DNA of 64,000 bases from Candidatus Bathyarchaeia archaeon (GTDB lineage Archaea > Thermoproteota > Bathyarchaeia > Bathyarchaeales > Bathycorpusculaceae), in the NCBI GenBank assembly GCA_050015395.1, contig JBEKBM010000014.1, forward strand, positions 16,029 to 80,028, written 5' to 3'. The translations under genes were made by a program, and so were the position numbers. Below are positions 1 through 9,636 of this stretch, piece by piece (the stretch's first letter is position 1; each line of letters opens with the position of its first letter). Below the pieces are notes generated by a model, which was not told where the DNA came from, ran no database searches, and saw nothing but the letters and a program-made list of their open reading frames with translations.

Positions 1-502
1 TTCGTTGCCTCAGTGGTCGGCGACGGTTGCGTTCTCAAAAGTTTTAGGGTTTGGAGTATTAATTTATACCTCGTTTCTCTTTCTGCTCACGACAAGAGAT
101 ACTGAGATCGGAGGAGCGTTGAAACAATTGCGCCTTTCATTTCGGAAGTCGTTCTTTGTCATGCTTATGTTCAGAAACCTAAACACGATACTGATGGATT
201 ATGAGAACATCAGAAGCGCTCAAATCGCCCGAGCCGCCAATGTAATGAGGAAAAATGTGTTTTCAAGGATTATAGATCTCGCGTACGTGTCTGTGCCGCT
301 TGTTGCTACCATGATAAGAAGGTCTACCGAGATGGGCGTGGCGTTGTACGCTAGAGGTTTTGAGGCTTCACATGGAATTACGGATTATAAGGAAACAAGG
401 CGATTTAGTTATGTTGACTTTACGATAATTGCCATATTAGCCGCGTTCTTAATATACGAGGTTATCCTTGGGCACTCCATCACTTCCTTGTTAATGAGGT
501 AA
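1..502 (+). CDS. ecfT: ECF transporter transmembrane T component (EcfT/CbiQ family), 5'-truncated by window edge
   Basis: Hydrophobic ORF with both EcfT x-R-x motifs (AQIARA, ALYARGF), directly upstream of a fused ECF ATPase. Confidence 0.85.
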   Translation, partial: SLPQWSATVAFSKVLGFGVLIYTSFLFLLTTRDTEIGGALKQLRLSFRKSFFVMLMFRNLNTILMDYENIRSAQIARAANVMRKNVFSRIIDLAYVSVPLVATMIRRSTEMGVALYARGFEASHGITDYKETRRFSYVDFTIIAILAAFLIYEVILGHSITSLLMR

Positions 503-508
503 AAGAAC

Positions 509-2299
509 ATGTCGGTATTGGAAGTCAACGATTTCTGGTGGAAATACCGATCTTACGTAGGAGCAGAGAATCCTTTCACGCTAAAGGGTTTATCCTTCAA
601 GGTAGACAAGGGAGAATTTTTCGGAATCATCGGACCCAGCGGAGCAGGCAAAACTACACTTTGCTACGCTTTGACAGGAATAATCCCTCACGTTTTCACT
701 GTTCCCTACGGCAAAGAGCGCGAGCATATAAAGGGTGAAATAAAATTATTTGGGCAAACACTGACTAAAGTCGAGGCTGTTACCGATGAGAAGACAGGCA
801 GAGTAGTTGATAAAATTGTCGGCATAAAACAAACGGCGCCAAGGGTTGGATTGCTGCTTCAAGATCCTGAGAACCAGTTTTTAAGAATGGACCTCCTGCA
901 CGAAATCGCCTTCGGCATGGAACTTCTCGAACTGTCTAAAAGCGAAATTGAGCAAAGAGCCAAAGAAGCGCTTGAAATAGTCGGTCTGGGCTCGTTGTGG
1001 CCAATTGCAGACCTTGTTCACCCAAGCGAATTGTCAGGCGGGCAGAAGCAGCGAGCAGCAATTGCTTCCTTCATTGCCTTGCGGCCTGAGCTTTTGGTGT
1101 TAGATGAACCAATGTCTGATCTTGATCCCGAAGGTAAGCTTAGCATAATAAAAGCTATTGACAGCATAAGAGACAAGTATGACATAACAATAATCGTTGT
1201 TGAGCATAATCCTGAGGTAATTCAAAAATACGCTGACAAGGTACTTGCCATAAACAACGGAGAAACAATTGCGTATGGAACGACTGAAAAGGTTTATTCA
1301 CAGTGGAAACTGTTCGATGAAAATGGACTTTATGCGTCAGACATAGCAAGGATTGGGTGGCAAGCAGGCTTAACCTACAACGGAAGAGTTCCTTTTACTG
1401 TCGATGAAATGATGGAAGCGTTCAACGGCAGAAAACAAAAAAGTCTTGCAGATGACTTAAAGGATGACCCAATTGATGAAGCGACTGAGGAAATAATAAG
1501 CGTCAAAGACCTCAACTTCTGGTATGACGATGGAACTCATGCTCTTAGAGGGGTAACTTTTGCCATAAAAAAAGGAGAGTACGTGGGACTCATAGGGCAA
1601 AACGGCGCGGGCAAATCGACGATATCCAAGATTATCAGCGGTTTGTACAAGAAGTTTCAGGGCGAAGCAAAAGTAATGGGGCTTAACTTGCGAGACAGGA
1701 AAGTGATTGAGAGAATACCCTGTTACGTTGGATACGTATTTCAGAACCCTGACAACCAGATTTTCATGAGAAAAGTCTACGACGAAGTAGCTTACGGCCT
1801 GAAAAACCTAAAGATGCCACTGCAGGAAGTAGATCAAAGAGTCAAGGAAGCGTTAAAGAGCGTTGGCTTACTCTCAAAAATTGATGAGGACCCAATGTTC
1901 TTGGGAAAAGGCGAAAAGAGAAGACTAACCGTAGCTTCTATTCTTGCCATGAACCCGAAAATAATGATAGTTGACGAGCCAACAACAGGTCAAGACTTCA
2001 GAATGTCCGAAGACATAATGAACCTGCTTGAAGAACTAAACAAAGCTGGCACCACAATCTTAGCCATCACTCACGACATGACACTAGTCTCCGAACACAC
2101 GAAAAGAGTCATAGTAATGCACAACGGAGCCGTAACCTACGATGGATCCACAAGAGGCTTCTTCTCAAATGCAGAATTACTTGACAAAGCCGGCATAATC
2201 CCCCCCATGGCAGTGAGACTAAGCCATGAATACAAGAAAAAGAACCCCTCTTCCCCCTGCCTAATGAACGCAAAAGAGTGGGTCGCAGCATTAAAGTAA
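509..2299 (+). CDS. ECF transporter fused double ATPase (EcfA-EcfA')
   Basis: Two ABC domains: GPSGAGKT / LSGGQKQR / LVLDEP and GQNGAGKST / LGKGEKRR / IVDEPT, with ECF-type Q-loops QDPENQ and FQNPDNQ. Confidence 0.9.
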   Translation: MSVLEVNDFWWKYRSYVGAENPFTLKGLSFKVDKGEFFGIIGPSGAGKTTLCYALTGIIPHVFTVPYGKEREHIKGEIKLFGQTLTKVEAVTDEKTGRVVDKIVGIKQTAPRVGLLLQDPENQFLRMDLLHEIAFGMELLELSKSEIEQRAKEALEIVGLGSLWPIADLVHPSELSGGQKQRAAIASFIALRPELLVLDEPMSDLDPEGKLSIIKAIDSIRDKYDITIIVVEHNPEVIQKYADKVLAINNGETIAYGTTEKVYSQWKLFDENGLYASDIARIGWQAGLTYNGRVPFTVDEMMEAFNGRKQKSLADDLKDDPIDEATEEIISVKDLNFWYDDGTHALRGVTFAIKKGEYVGLIGQNGAGKSTISKIISGLYKKFQGEAKVMGLNLRDRKVIERIPCYVGYVFQNPDNQIFMRKVYDEVAYGLKNLKMPLQEVDQRVKEALKSVGLLSKIDEDPMFLGKGEKRRLTVASILAMNPKIMIVDEPTTGQDFRMSEDIMNLLEELNKAGTTILAITHDMTLVSEHTKRVIVMHNGAVTYDGSTRGFFSNAELLDKAGIIPPMAVRLSHEYKKKNPSSPCLMNAKEWVAALK

Positions 2300-2663
2300 A
2301 CATCACCGGAAATATTACTTATTTGCAGATTGGAACATGTCATACATCGTTATTCGCGATTCCGAATCTATTCCATAGTTCTCAATGACCCGATAACAAA
2401 AAGACGTTGACTAAATTTTCGCAAATCAAAAGCAATGCCCCTAATGAGTATAAATTATATCCCAAACCCAAAACGTGCATGAATTTTGTGGCTTATTCCT
2501 TTCACAGACATTCTACGGGATTTTAAATGTTGCTAATTAAGCGTATAATTTGTCCAGATATATTTGAACAAATTATAAATATTCCGATTATATATGTTTG
2601 ATTTGAAATTGTAGCTCAAAAAGTAACAGACATGGGAACTAATGCTTAAAGTGAGATGATTAG

Positions 2664-3296
2664 TTGAAAATTGTAGTTTTTGGAGCAAGCGGGAACACAG
2701 GCAAGCAACTTGTTGAGCAGGCACTGGCAGCGGGATATGAAGTTGTCGCCTATGCGCGTAACCCCTCAAAGCTCAACGTTAGCCATGAGCATCTAACGGT
2801 TATTAATGGCGAGTTGTCTGATGCTGCGTTAATTGAAACTGCTGTAAAGGGTACCGACGCAGTTCTTAGCGCGTTGGGTCCACGGGGAGGCTCAAAAAAC
2901 AAGCCGCTTACACAGGGAATGCGGAACATTATTGCAGCCATGAATAACCAAGGCGTGCGCAGACTAATCATGACATCGACGTTGAGCGCCAAAGACTCAA
3001 AGGACAAACCAGACTTCAGAACCAAGGCCATGGTGAATCTTGTAAAAACCACCATGCACGCGGCTTACGAAGACATCGTCAGCGTCGCCGAAACCGTTCG
3101 TGCGTCAGACCTTGAATGGACAATTGTGCGGTTGGCAATTCTAAATAATAAGCCGAAATCTGGAAAAGTCAAAGTGGGCTATGTAGGCTCAGGAGAAGTT
3201 GGAACACAGATTAGCCGTGCAGACATTGCCGACTTTATGCTCAAGCAAATAGAAGACACGAAATATCTGCGAGAAGCACCTGCAATAAGCAACTAG
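2664..3296 (+). CDS. NAD(P)H-binding atypical SDR (flavin reductase/biliverdin reductase B-like)
   Basis: N-terminal GASGNTG Rossmann motif, LEWTIVR and ISRADIA motifs, 210 aa. Confidence 0.85.
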   Translation: MKIVVFGASGNTGKQLVEQALAAGYEVVAYARNPSKLNVSHEHLTVINGELSDAALIETAVKGTDAVLSALGPRGGSKNKPLTQGMRNIIAAMNNQGVRRLIMTSTLSAKDSKDKPDFRTKAMVNLVKTTMHAAYEDIVSVAETVRASDLEWTIVRLAILNNKPKSGKVKVGYVGSGEVGTQISRADIADFMLKQIEDTKYLREAPAISN

Positions 3297-3327
3297 TGCA
3301 TGATTTAAATGAAGAAGAGGTGGAAAA

Positions 3328-3657
3328 ATGGTTTTTAAAAAAGTCGCGGAAACCCAAGAGATATCTCTTGGGCAAATGAAAGCAGTCAAATTTGGGGCAG
3401 AAGAAGTTTTGCTTGCAAACGTAAATGGCGTATACTACGCTATCAGAAACGTCTGCACTCATGAAGGCGGAAACCTTTCAAAGGGAACACTGCAGGGAAA
3501 CATTGTATCTTGCCCCAAGCATAAAGCACAATTCGACGTAACAACAGGCAAAGTAGTTTCTCCTCCAAAAGTGCTCTTCATGCATCCTAAAATCAACAAC
3601 GAATCTACATACGCAGTCAAAGTTGAGGGAACAGCCATTCTGCTTGAACACAAATAG
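3328..3657 (+). CDS. Rieske [2Fe-2S] ferredoxin
   Basis: CTH...CPKH Rieske ligand motifs, 109 aa. Confidence 0.9.
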   Translation: MVFKKVAETQEISLGQMKAVKFGAEEVLLANVNGVYYAIRNVCTHEGGNLSKGTLQGNIVSCPKHKAQFDVTTGKVVSPPKVLFMHPKINNESTYAVKVEGTAILLEHK

Positions 3658-3818
3658 CACCCGATGCGTTCATGTACCAAGCCCAATTTAGGCGACTATG
3701 GATAAGCTAGCTCTCTCTGAAAAAGAAAATTGCAAGGAGACTTGTTTGGGTTTGGGGTTTAAATTATGTTTCAAAAAATTCTCAACGGGGCAACACAAGA
3801 TGCTCTCAAATCATTCAA

Positions 3819-3878
3819 AGTGACAGGTAACCATGAAGATGAGTGACAGGTTACAATGAACATGAGTGACGGGATAAC
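3819..3878. repeat. Intergenic tandem repeat, 23-bp period, about 2.6 copies
   Basis: AGTGACAGGTAACCATGAAGATG / AGTGACAGGTTACAATGAACATG / AGTGACGGGATAAC. Confidence 0.75.
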
Positions 3879-4100
3879 TAAGCTTGAAACAGGCTCTATT
3901 CATCCAAAAAAGCCCAAAACACATGCTGAAGCGCTCACGAAAATTCTTTAGCAAAATCCTCGAGTTAGAGCTAAAGATAATCCAGTAAGCTTTCTGATTT
4001 CCCCGCTTTCTTTTGTCTTCCTTGAGAGTTTAAATTATATATAATGGTTGTTATAGTTCTCTTGGGAGCATAATTACCGTTAATTTGGGGGAGAAATGGG

Positions 4101-4532
4101 TTGGATGAAGTATTAGACATGTTAGATAAAACTGCAAAGCGTATACAGAAAGTTGCTGATGAAACAAAAGAGGCAACTTGGAAACAATCAGCCGTTTACG
4201 ACCAAGTTATGCAGTCACCTGAAGCGTCACAAGAGCAAAAAATCAAGGCCTTTATTCGGAAAACTCGTTATTTAGACCAGCTAGAAGCCTTAAACTCCCA
4301 GCTTAGTTTGCTCTATACTCTTCAGATTTTTGCGTTTAAAGTTAAAGTGCTTGAGGTAACGGTTGGGAACATCAATGAACAACTTGCAAAGACGGGGATT
4401 CTCCTCAAAACGGCTGAATTAGAAAATATAAAGACAAATATTGACGCCCTCAAAATCCTAATTGAAGCTCAATATGAATCCATGAAAGAAATACATGAAA
4501 CGCAAAACAAAACCTTAGACTACATCCATTAA
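4101..4532 (+). CDS. Hypothetical all-helical/coiled-coil protein
   Basis: 143-aa ORF, TTG start after GGGGAG, helical composition, no family recognised. Confidence 0.65.
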   Translation: MDEVLDMLDKTAKRIQKVADETKEATWKQSAVYDQVMQSPEASQEQKIKAFIRKTRYLDQLEALNSQLSLLYTLQIFAFKVKVLEVTVGNINEQLAKTGILLKTAELENIKTNIDALKILIEAQYESMKEIHETQNKTLDYIH

Positions 4533-4550
4533 AAAATTAAATAAAAAGGG

Positions 4551-4582
4551 CAGCCTGGTGGTTTTCACCACTAATCAGGTTG
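4551..4582. terminator. Possible hairpin between convergent genes
   Basis: CAGCCTG-GTGGT-tttc-ACCAC-taat-CAGGTTG imperfect stem-loop between two convergent stop codons. Confidence 0.3.
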
Positions 4583-4616
4583 TACTGCCTGCAATGCATC
4601 GTTTTGTTCTGAAGGC

Positions 4617-5540
4617 TTATTCTACGACTTTTTCCCAGCTTGTAACTAAGTCAAGAACTTCTTGACCTCGTTTGCCGCCATAACTCTTCAAGCGCTCTCG
4701 AACATCAGTCTGAGCTATTGCCGCTTTCTGGAAATCCTGCATTTGCTTTGCTTTGTCGGTTAAGTAAAGAATGTTGTCTACTCCTGCTCTTGCCATGCGG
4801 ACTGATGCTGTTAAGAGTTCACTTGTGGTTGGCGTTTCTCTCGGGTCGTCGCCTGGACCGATAACGTACAATGCAATGTTGAGAGGTACGTCTTTTAAGA
4901 GTTTCTTGAAGTTACGGGTGAGCATTTCCCAATACCAAGGTGTAGCATAGTTTTTGCTAAACATGACTACGAGAAATTCGTCAGTCAGTGGAGCAAGATC
5001 ATCAAAGTTAACTCCGAAACGTTCATAGTTGGTAACTGGGTCTGGAAGGACACCGATGACAAATTTTTTCTTGGCTCGGTCGCGTACTCGTTCGCTTACT
5101 TGCGCCATGTAATCGGTGATTTCTTTTCTTCGCCATTCATACCAGCTTAAGCCGCTTTTTGCGTGGAGTTCCTTGCAACGCGGGCATATGCAGTGTCCAT
5201 GTTCTGCGAAGTGGATGCTGTTTAGCCATATTCCTGGGCTTTTTCTAGCGACGTCCTCGATGTAATCTAGTTGTTCCGCACGGTGTTCTGGTTGGGTTGC
5301 ACAGAGAATATCCCAGCGAACATTAAAGTTGTCGTTTGTTCTCCATGCTGGACCTAGGGCTGACTGTGAAATCCAGTCTGGATGATTACGGGCAGTAACG
5401 TTGTCTCCGAAAATCGCAATGTTGCTGTACATATCAGGTTGCGGTGGTAATCGTCTGCCTACTTCTGGTTTAACGCGGAAAAGGTCAAAGTCGAAGCCTG
5501 AAACTTTTTTTGCTTCAAACATGTATGTGCCGAATTTCAA
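4617..5540 (-). CDS. Glycoside hydrolase-like TIM-barrel protein (GHL10/DUF187-like)
   Basis: The pattern HPDW...ILC..QPEHR...GIWLNSIHF...CICPRC...WYEWRRKEIT matches the GHL10-like layout. Confidence 0.6.
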   Translation of the reverse strand: MKFGTYMFEAKKVSGFDFDLFRVKPEVGRRLPPQPDMYSNIAIFGDNVTARNHPDWISQSALGPAWRTNDNFNVRWDILCATQPEHRAEQLDYIEDVARKSPGIWLNSIHFAEHGHCICPRCKELHAKSGLSWYEWRRKEITDYMAQVSERVRDRAKKKFVIGVLPDPVTNYERFGVNFDDLAPLTDEFLVVMFSKNYATPWYWEMLTRNFKKLLKDVPLNIALYVIGPGDDPRETPTTSELLTASVRMARAGVDNILYLTDKAKQMQDFQKAAIAQTDVRERLKSYGGKRGQEVLDLVTSWEKVVE

Positions 5541-5755
5541 TTTACTTCTACCTTTTTAGAATCCAAAACGTTCGGCGCTGTAATAAAGTTTTGCATAATT
5601 AGCGCAGTATCGGTTGTGAAAAATAGTTCCCTGTTTTTGCTATAGCTTATGCGGATTCATTGCGTATTTTTGGTTTGTTATTAAGCATTAAACCATGTTT
5701 TTTAAGAAAATCCTCCAGAGAGGCATGTAACTTTTAAACCCAAACAGCTCTATAC

Positions 5756-6190
5756 ATGCCATTAGGAGAGAGCGAGACCGTGCCGATAAAATACTTTGAG
5801 GCCCCAGAAATTAAAAAGCAAGTAGACCAGTTAGCCCAGGAATGCGAGTTCTACCATGTTGTTCCACAATTCGTTTTCTGCGTAAGAAGCAAAGGCTCCA
5901 AAGCCAGACGCACAATTGCACGCATTCACGGTTTAGGCAAAATTTGGCAAGGAGTCCTAAACCTGCCGCCTTCATACACGATTGAGGTTATTTCTGAGGT
6001 GTATGATAGAATGTCTAGTGAGGATAAAGAGAGAACTTTGATTCATGAACTCATGCATATTCCAGGAGGGTTCTCCGGTGGTTTCCGTCCGCATAAGGGG
6101 TATGTTGAGAGAAAAAATGTTGAGGCGGTTTATAAGAAGCTTCAAAGTGATCGGGCTGCGAAAAAGCAAAACACGCTTTTTTTCCAGTAA
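5756..6190 (+). CDS. Putative zincin metallopeptidase (COG4900-like)
   Basis: TLIHELMH (HExxH) followed by RPH as a probable third zinc ligand. Confidence 0.8.
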   Translation: MPLGESETVPIKYFEAPEIKKQVDQLAQECEFYHVVPQFVFCVRSKGSKARRTIARIHGLGKIWQGVLNLPPSYTIEVISEVYDRMSSEDKERTLIHELMHIPGGFSGGFRPHKGYVERKNVEAVYKKLQSDRAAKKQNTLFFQ

Positions 6191-6348
6191 TTTGTATGGG
6201 TTATTGGTGAATCTTTTTAAGCCTCAGAAAAGAGGCAATGGAAAGTTGCAGCTTTAACAGCGAAAAGTAAAAAAACCATGTGTGAGCAAGTATTGCAAAG
6301 ACTTAAACGAGTTAAAGTCGTTTGCCATGGAATATTGAGGTTTAGTTA

Positions 6349-7995
6349 ATGAAGCACATTATGAAAAGTTTAAAGCATAACGGTATATTCGTTCCAATTT
6401 ATGATTATAAAGGCTTCAGCATAAAGCTTAACGGTCAGACGGTGAAGCTGACGCCTAAAAGCGAGCAGATGGCGGTTGCATGGATAAGAAAATCATTATC
6501 AACCGTTTCTCCGCCAGATAATGTCTTTAAGAAGAATTTTATGAAGGAGTTCCTTGGGCAACTCAAAAAAGAAAACCCTTCAGCAAGTTTCTTGGATGCT
6601 TTCTGTTCAAAATACTTAACCAGCTTAGATGCTCCTGCAACCTTAAACAACGGAAACCACCCGCTCAGTGAAGAAATTGACTTTACCAAAATTATTAACT
6701 TCGTTGAACAAGAAAAAGCAAAAAAAGACGCCCTAAGCAAAGAAGTGAAAAAGCAACAAGCTGAAGAGCGCAAAGCTAAACGCTTAGAGTTCAAAGAAAA
6801 ATATGGTTACGCCGAAGTTGACGGACAAAAACTTGAGATCGCTAACTGGACTTCTGAGCCATCCTGCCTTTTCGCTGGACGCGGTGACCATCCGCAGCGG
6901 GGAAAATGGAAAGACGGCCCAAACGAAGAAGACATAATCCTTAACCTTCCGCCTGATGCACCTGTTCCATCGGGACATTGGAAAGGCGTTGTTTGGGAAC
7001 CTGACAAGATGTATGTGGCAAAGTGGGAAGACAAGCTAACAGGCAAAATCAAGTACGTCTGGTTCTCTGACACAGCGTTCCTTAAACAGAACCGGGAAAA
7101 AGAAAAGTTCCAGAAAGCCGAAAACCTTGGCAAGCAAATTAAGGCAATTGAACAGCACATCCTCAGAAACCTTAACGATAAGGATGATGCAAGACGCAAA
7201 GTCGCGACGGTGTCGTGGCTTATTTTGGTGCCGAACATGAGGGTTGGCGACGAAAAGGACCCAGATGAAGCCGACACCGTAGGTGCAATAACGCTTAGGG
7301 CAGAGCACATCAAAATAGAAGGCGACACCATACGCTTCGACTTCCTTGGCAAGGACAGCGTAAGATGGATAAAAAACGTTAAAGCCCCGCCAGAAGTCAT
7401 CCGAAACATACAGCACTACATGGAAACAAGCAAAGAATACCTCTTCGAAGGCGTTGACTCCAAGAAGGTTTCCCGTTTCCTCTCCGAAAAAATGCCGAAG
7501 CTAACCGCCAAAGTTTTCCGCACTTGGAGATGCACAAAAACAGTCAAAGAAGAACTCGAAAAAAGCGGAATAGTAAAGGAAGACCCCGATTACAAAAAGA
7601 CCTACGCTGCAAAAATGGCTAATTATAAAGTCGCTGAAGTGGCAAACCATAAAAGAAAGATTCCGCCAACCTTTGACCAGCGCTTAGCCAAAAAAGAAGC
7701 CAACCTCAAAGCACTTGGGGTACAGCTTGAAGTAAAAAAGACCGCGGGCAAAAAAACCCAATCGCTCGAGACCAGAATAGAGAGAACTAAGCTTGACCTT
7801 GAGTTGACAAAGCTAACCAAAGAGTACAACTTGGGCACGTCGCTCAAATCGTACATTGACCCGACCGCTTACGTGAAATGGGCTAAAAAAGTAAAGTTTG
7901 ACATCGAAAAATTCTACCCCAAAACCCTGCGAAACAAGTTTAGCTGGGCACTACAAAGCAGCAAAGCACAAGTAGCCGAGTGCATAACCGCATGA
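6349..7995 (+). CDS. top1B: DNA topoisomerase IB (eukaryote-like)
   Basis: Catalytic pentad motifs MRVGDEK, DFLGKDS, AKVFRT, ANHKR and LGTSLKSYIDP (Tyr); the N-terminal LKHNG and GRGDHP segments are typical of Top1. Confidence 0.95.
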   Translation: MKHIMKSLKHNGIFVPIYDYKGFSIKLNGQTVKLTPKSEQMAVAWIRKSLSTVSPPDNVFKKNFMKEFLGQLKKENPSASFLDAFCSKYLTSLDAPATLNNGNHPLSEEIDFTKIINFVEQEKAKKDALSKEVKKQQAEERKAKRLEFKEKYGYAEVDGQKLEIANWTSEPSCLFAGRGDHPQRGKWKDGPNEEDIILNLPPDAPVPSGHWKGVVWEPDKMYVAKWEDKLTGKIKYVWFSDTAFLKQNREKEKFQKAENLGKQIKAIEQHILRNLNDKDDARRKVATVSWLILVPNMRVGDEKDPDEADTVGAITLRAEHIKIEGDTIRFDFLGKDSVRWIKNVKAPPEVIRNIQHYMETSKEYLFEGVDSKKVSRFLSEKMPKLTAKVFRTWRCTKTVKEELEKSGIVKEDPDYKKTYAAKMANYKVAEVANHKRKIPPTFDQRLAKKEANLKALGVQLEVKKTAGKKTQSLETRIERTKLDLELTKLTKEYNLGTSLKSYIDPTAYVKWAKKVKFDIEKFYPKTLRNKFSWALQSSKAQVAECITA

Positions 7996-8264
7996 GCATC
8001 AACGAAACCAAAGACGGCACAATAATCACAATTTTTGTTAAACCAAACTCCCCCAAATTCAAAATAGAATTCGACTCCAATGAAATTGTCGTCTACAGCA
8101 CTGAAGAACCTGTTAAGGGCAAGGTAAACAGGGAAATCATCAAAGAATTCACCAAACTTTTGCACACAAAAGTCGAAATAGCGTCTGGAGCAACCTCAAG
8201 ACAGAAAAAGCTACTCATAAAAGACAAGGGAAAAAAAGAAATTGAAGATCGCCTTAGATATTGA
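7992..8264 (+). CDS. DUF167/UPF0235 (YggU-like) protein
   Basis: VKPNS...PVKGKVN..I...GATSRQK motifs; the start overlaps the top1B stop. Confidence 0.85.
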   Translation: MSINETKDGTIITIFVKPNSPKFKIEFDSNEIVVYSTEEPVKGKVNREIIKEFTKLLHTKVEIASGATSRQKKLLIKDKGKKEIEDRLRY

Positions 8265-8279
8265 AGTAAGGGAGCGCCA

Positions 8280-8561
8280 TTGGAAGAAACTAAAGCTCTA
8301 GTAGATGCATACCTAAAGAAGCAATTTAAAAAGAAAAAACAAGTTTACCCCAGCGATGTTGCAGATGCATTAGGTTTAAGGTATGAAACGGTGCGTCAGG
8401 TTTTTGATGATCTAGAAAGAGACGGCAAGATAAGGGAAGAACTAAAAGATCTCTTTAGCGAAGTCAATGAGCAAGACAAGCGAAAGAAGGTTTCTGAGGC
8501 AGCAATTTTAAGAGAGATTCAAACTTATAGACTTGAGAAGCGAGCCAAAAAAGCTGCATGA
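8280..8561 (+). CDS. Small winged-helix protein with antitoxin-like C-terminus
   Basis: VYPSDVADALGLRYETVRQVFDDLERDGKI is HTH-like. Confidence 0.55.
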   Translation: MEETKALVDAYLKKQFKKKKQVYPSDVADALGLRYETVRQVFDDLERDGKIREELKDLFSEVNEQDKRKKVSEAAILREIQTYRLEKRAKKAA

Positions 8562-8796
8562 CCAAAGCGAAGCGGAGCCGTTCTTGAGCCAATAGTTTAT
8601 TTGTACAACAGGATATATTACGAGAACCGAAATATCCCTTTTAAACCAAAAAAGCGCTTAAGACAAGTGGAAAGAATTGTAATTTAAGGGAGAGGGGCAA
8701 ACCCCCTTCACCTTACCCCGAAAAACTACCCGCCCCATAGTTCTCAACATCAAATCATTCACAAAATTTTCGTTTAACGTTCTTCACAGCTGTTAT

Positions 8797-8820
8797 ATGG
8801 GTTCAATTCCCATCCCCAAC
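8797..8820 (+). other. tRNA T-arm-like fragment (possible att remnant)
   Basis: ATGGGTTCAATTCCCAT forms a T-arm-like stem-loop; no D-arm or anticodon arm upstream. Confidence 0.35.
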
Positions 8821-8898
8821 TTTTTAGATAAATTCTAACTTTGCGTGAAAAGTTAAAGACGTGCATGCAGTAAGCGAACTGGATCTTTGACGGCAAGT

Positions 8899-8940
8899 CT
8901 GAATATATTCACTTACTGAATAATTCACTAACTGAATATA
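8899..8940. repeat. Short tandem palindromic repeat
   Basis: CTGAATATATTCACTTA / CTGAATAATTCACTAA / CTGAATATA. Confidence 0.55.
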
Positions 8941-9076
8941 AGCTAAAGTCCAAAAGTATTCCTCTTCAAGGCTTACCCAATATTCAAGATGACGCTTTTT
9001 GAGTAAGTCTCCACATTACGGTAGCCCTATCTAAGAAAACAATTTGCTCCGCCTCCGGGAACAGCAAAGGCAACTG

Positions 9077-9457
9077 TTAAGAGGTCGCGTTGCCAAGGTT
9101 TTTTCGAATGTCCTTGATTTTACCAAGCATCTTCGTTTCAGCACTTTCAGCCGGCAAAGCGTCATTGGAGCCTCCTGCTGGGCTAATGGTTACTTCTAGG
9201 ATTGTGCCTGTGAGGTTTTTTCCTTCTCTTTTCTTGAGGATTTCCATGGTTAGTTTTGGGATTGTTAGGCGGCCGTCGCTGGTCATTTTTGCGAGGAAGG
9301 TTTCTTCTTCGTAGTTTTCGGAGTCGAATACTCTTACGTTTGCTTTTAGGAGTTCGCCCTGCTCCATTTTGTAGCGCCAGCGTAGAAGATTTGGAATTTG
9401 GGTGCGGTTTCGGTTTTCCAGTTTCGCTTTGAATGATGCAAGCTCAGTTAGAGGCAT
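9077..9457 (-). CDS. Tandem AbrB/SpoVT (MraZ-like) swapped-hairpin DNA-binding protein, paralog 1
   Basis: Two AbrB-like units: FKAKLENRNRTQIPNLLRWRYKMEQGELLKANV and FLAKMTSDGRLTIPK...GTILEVTI. Paralog of the gene at 25234-25515. Confidence 0.75.
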   Translation of the reverse strand: MPLTELASFKAKLENRNRTQIPNLLRWRYKMEQGELLKANVRVFDSENYEEETFLAKMTSDGRLTIPKLTMEILKKREGKNLTGTILEVTISPAGGSNDALPAESAETKMLGKIKDIRKNLGNATS

Positions 9458-9460
9458 GTT

Positions 9461-9510
9461 ATCTTACCCTTTTTTACCCTTAATTACCCTTAAATTCCCA
9501 AAAATACCCA
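9461..9510 (-). promoter_or_regulatory. 10-bp-phased array (5 units, TACCC; GGGTA on the gene strand) abutting the AbrB start codon
   Basis: atcttaccct tttttaccct taattaccct taaattccca aaaataccca. Confidence 0.7.
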
Positions 9511-9524
9511 TAGAAAAACCAAAA

Positions 9525-9560
9525 TTTAAACCCTGCCCCAAAAAAGCAACCCAAAACACA
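9525..9560 (-). repeat. Dispersed conserved motif, copy 1 (partial)
   Basis: AAACCCTGCCCCAAAAAAGCAACCCAAAACA matches the copies at 25631-25690, 41344-41402 and 44311-44370. Confidence 0.75.
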
Positions 9561-9636
9561 AACACCACAAAGGAGGAGGGATAGTTTTTTACAACCAATC
9601 TTCCATAAACATAAACTCGAATGTAGACAAGCACTA

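Noticed and set aside
6435-7856. Long antisense ORFs over top1B and other housekeeping genes
   Set aside because: These are shadow ORFs opposite well-supported genes and carry no independent motifs.
8797-8820. Complete tRNA gene here or at 20081
   Set aside because: No acceptor 5' strand, D-arm or anticodon arm can be folded upstream; kept only as fragments.
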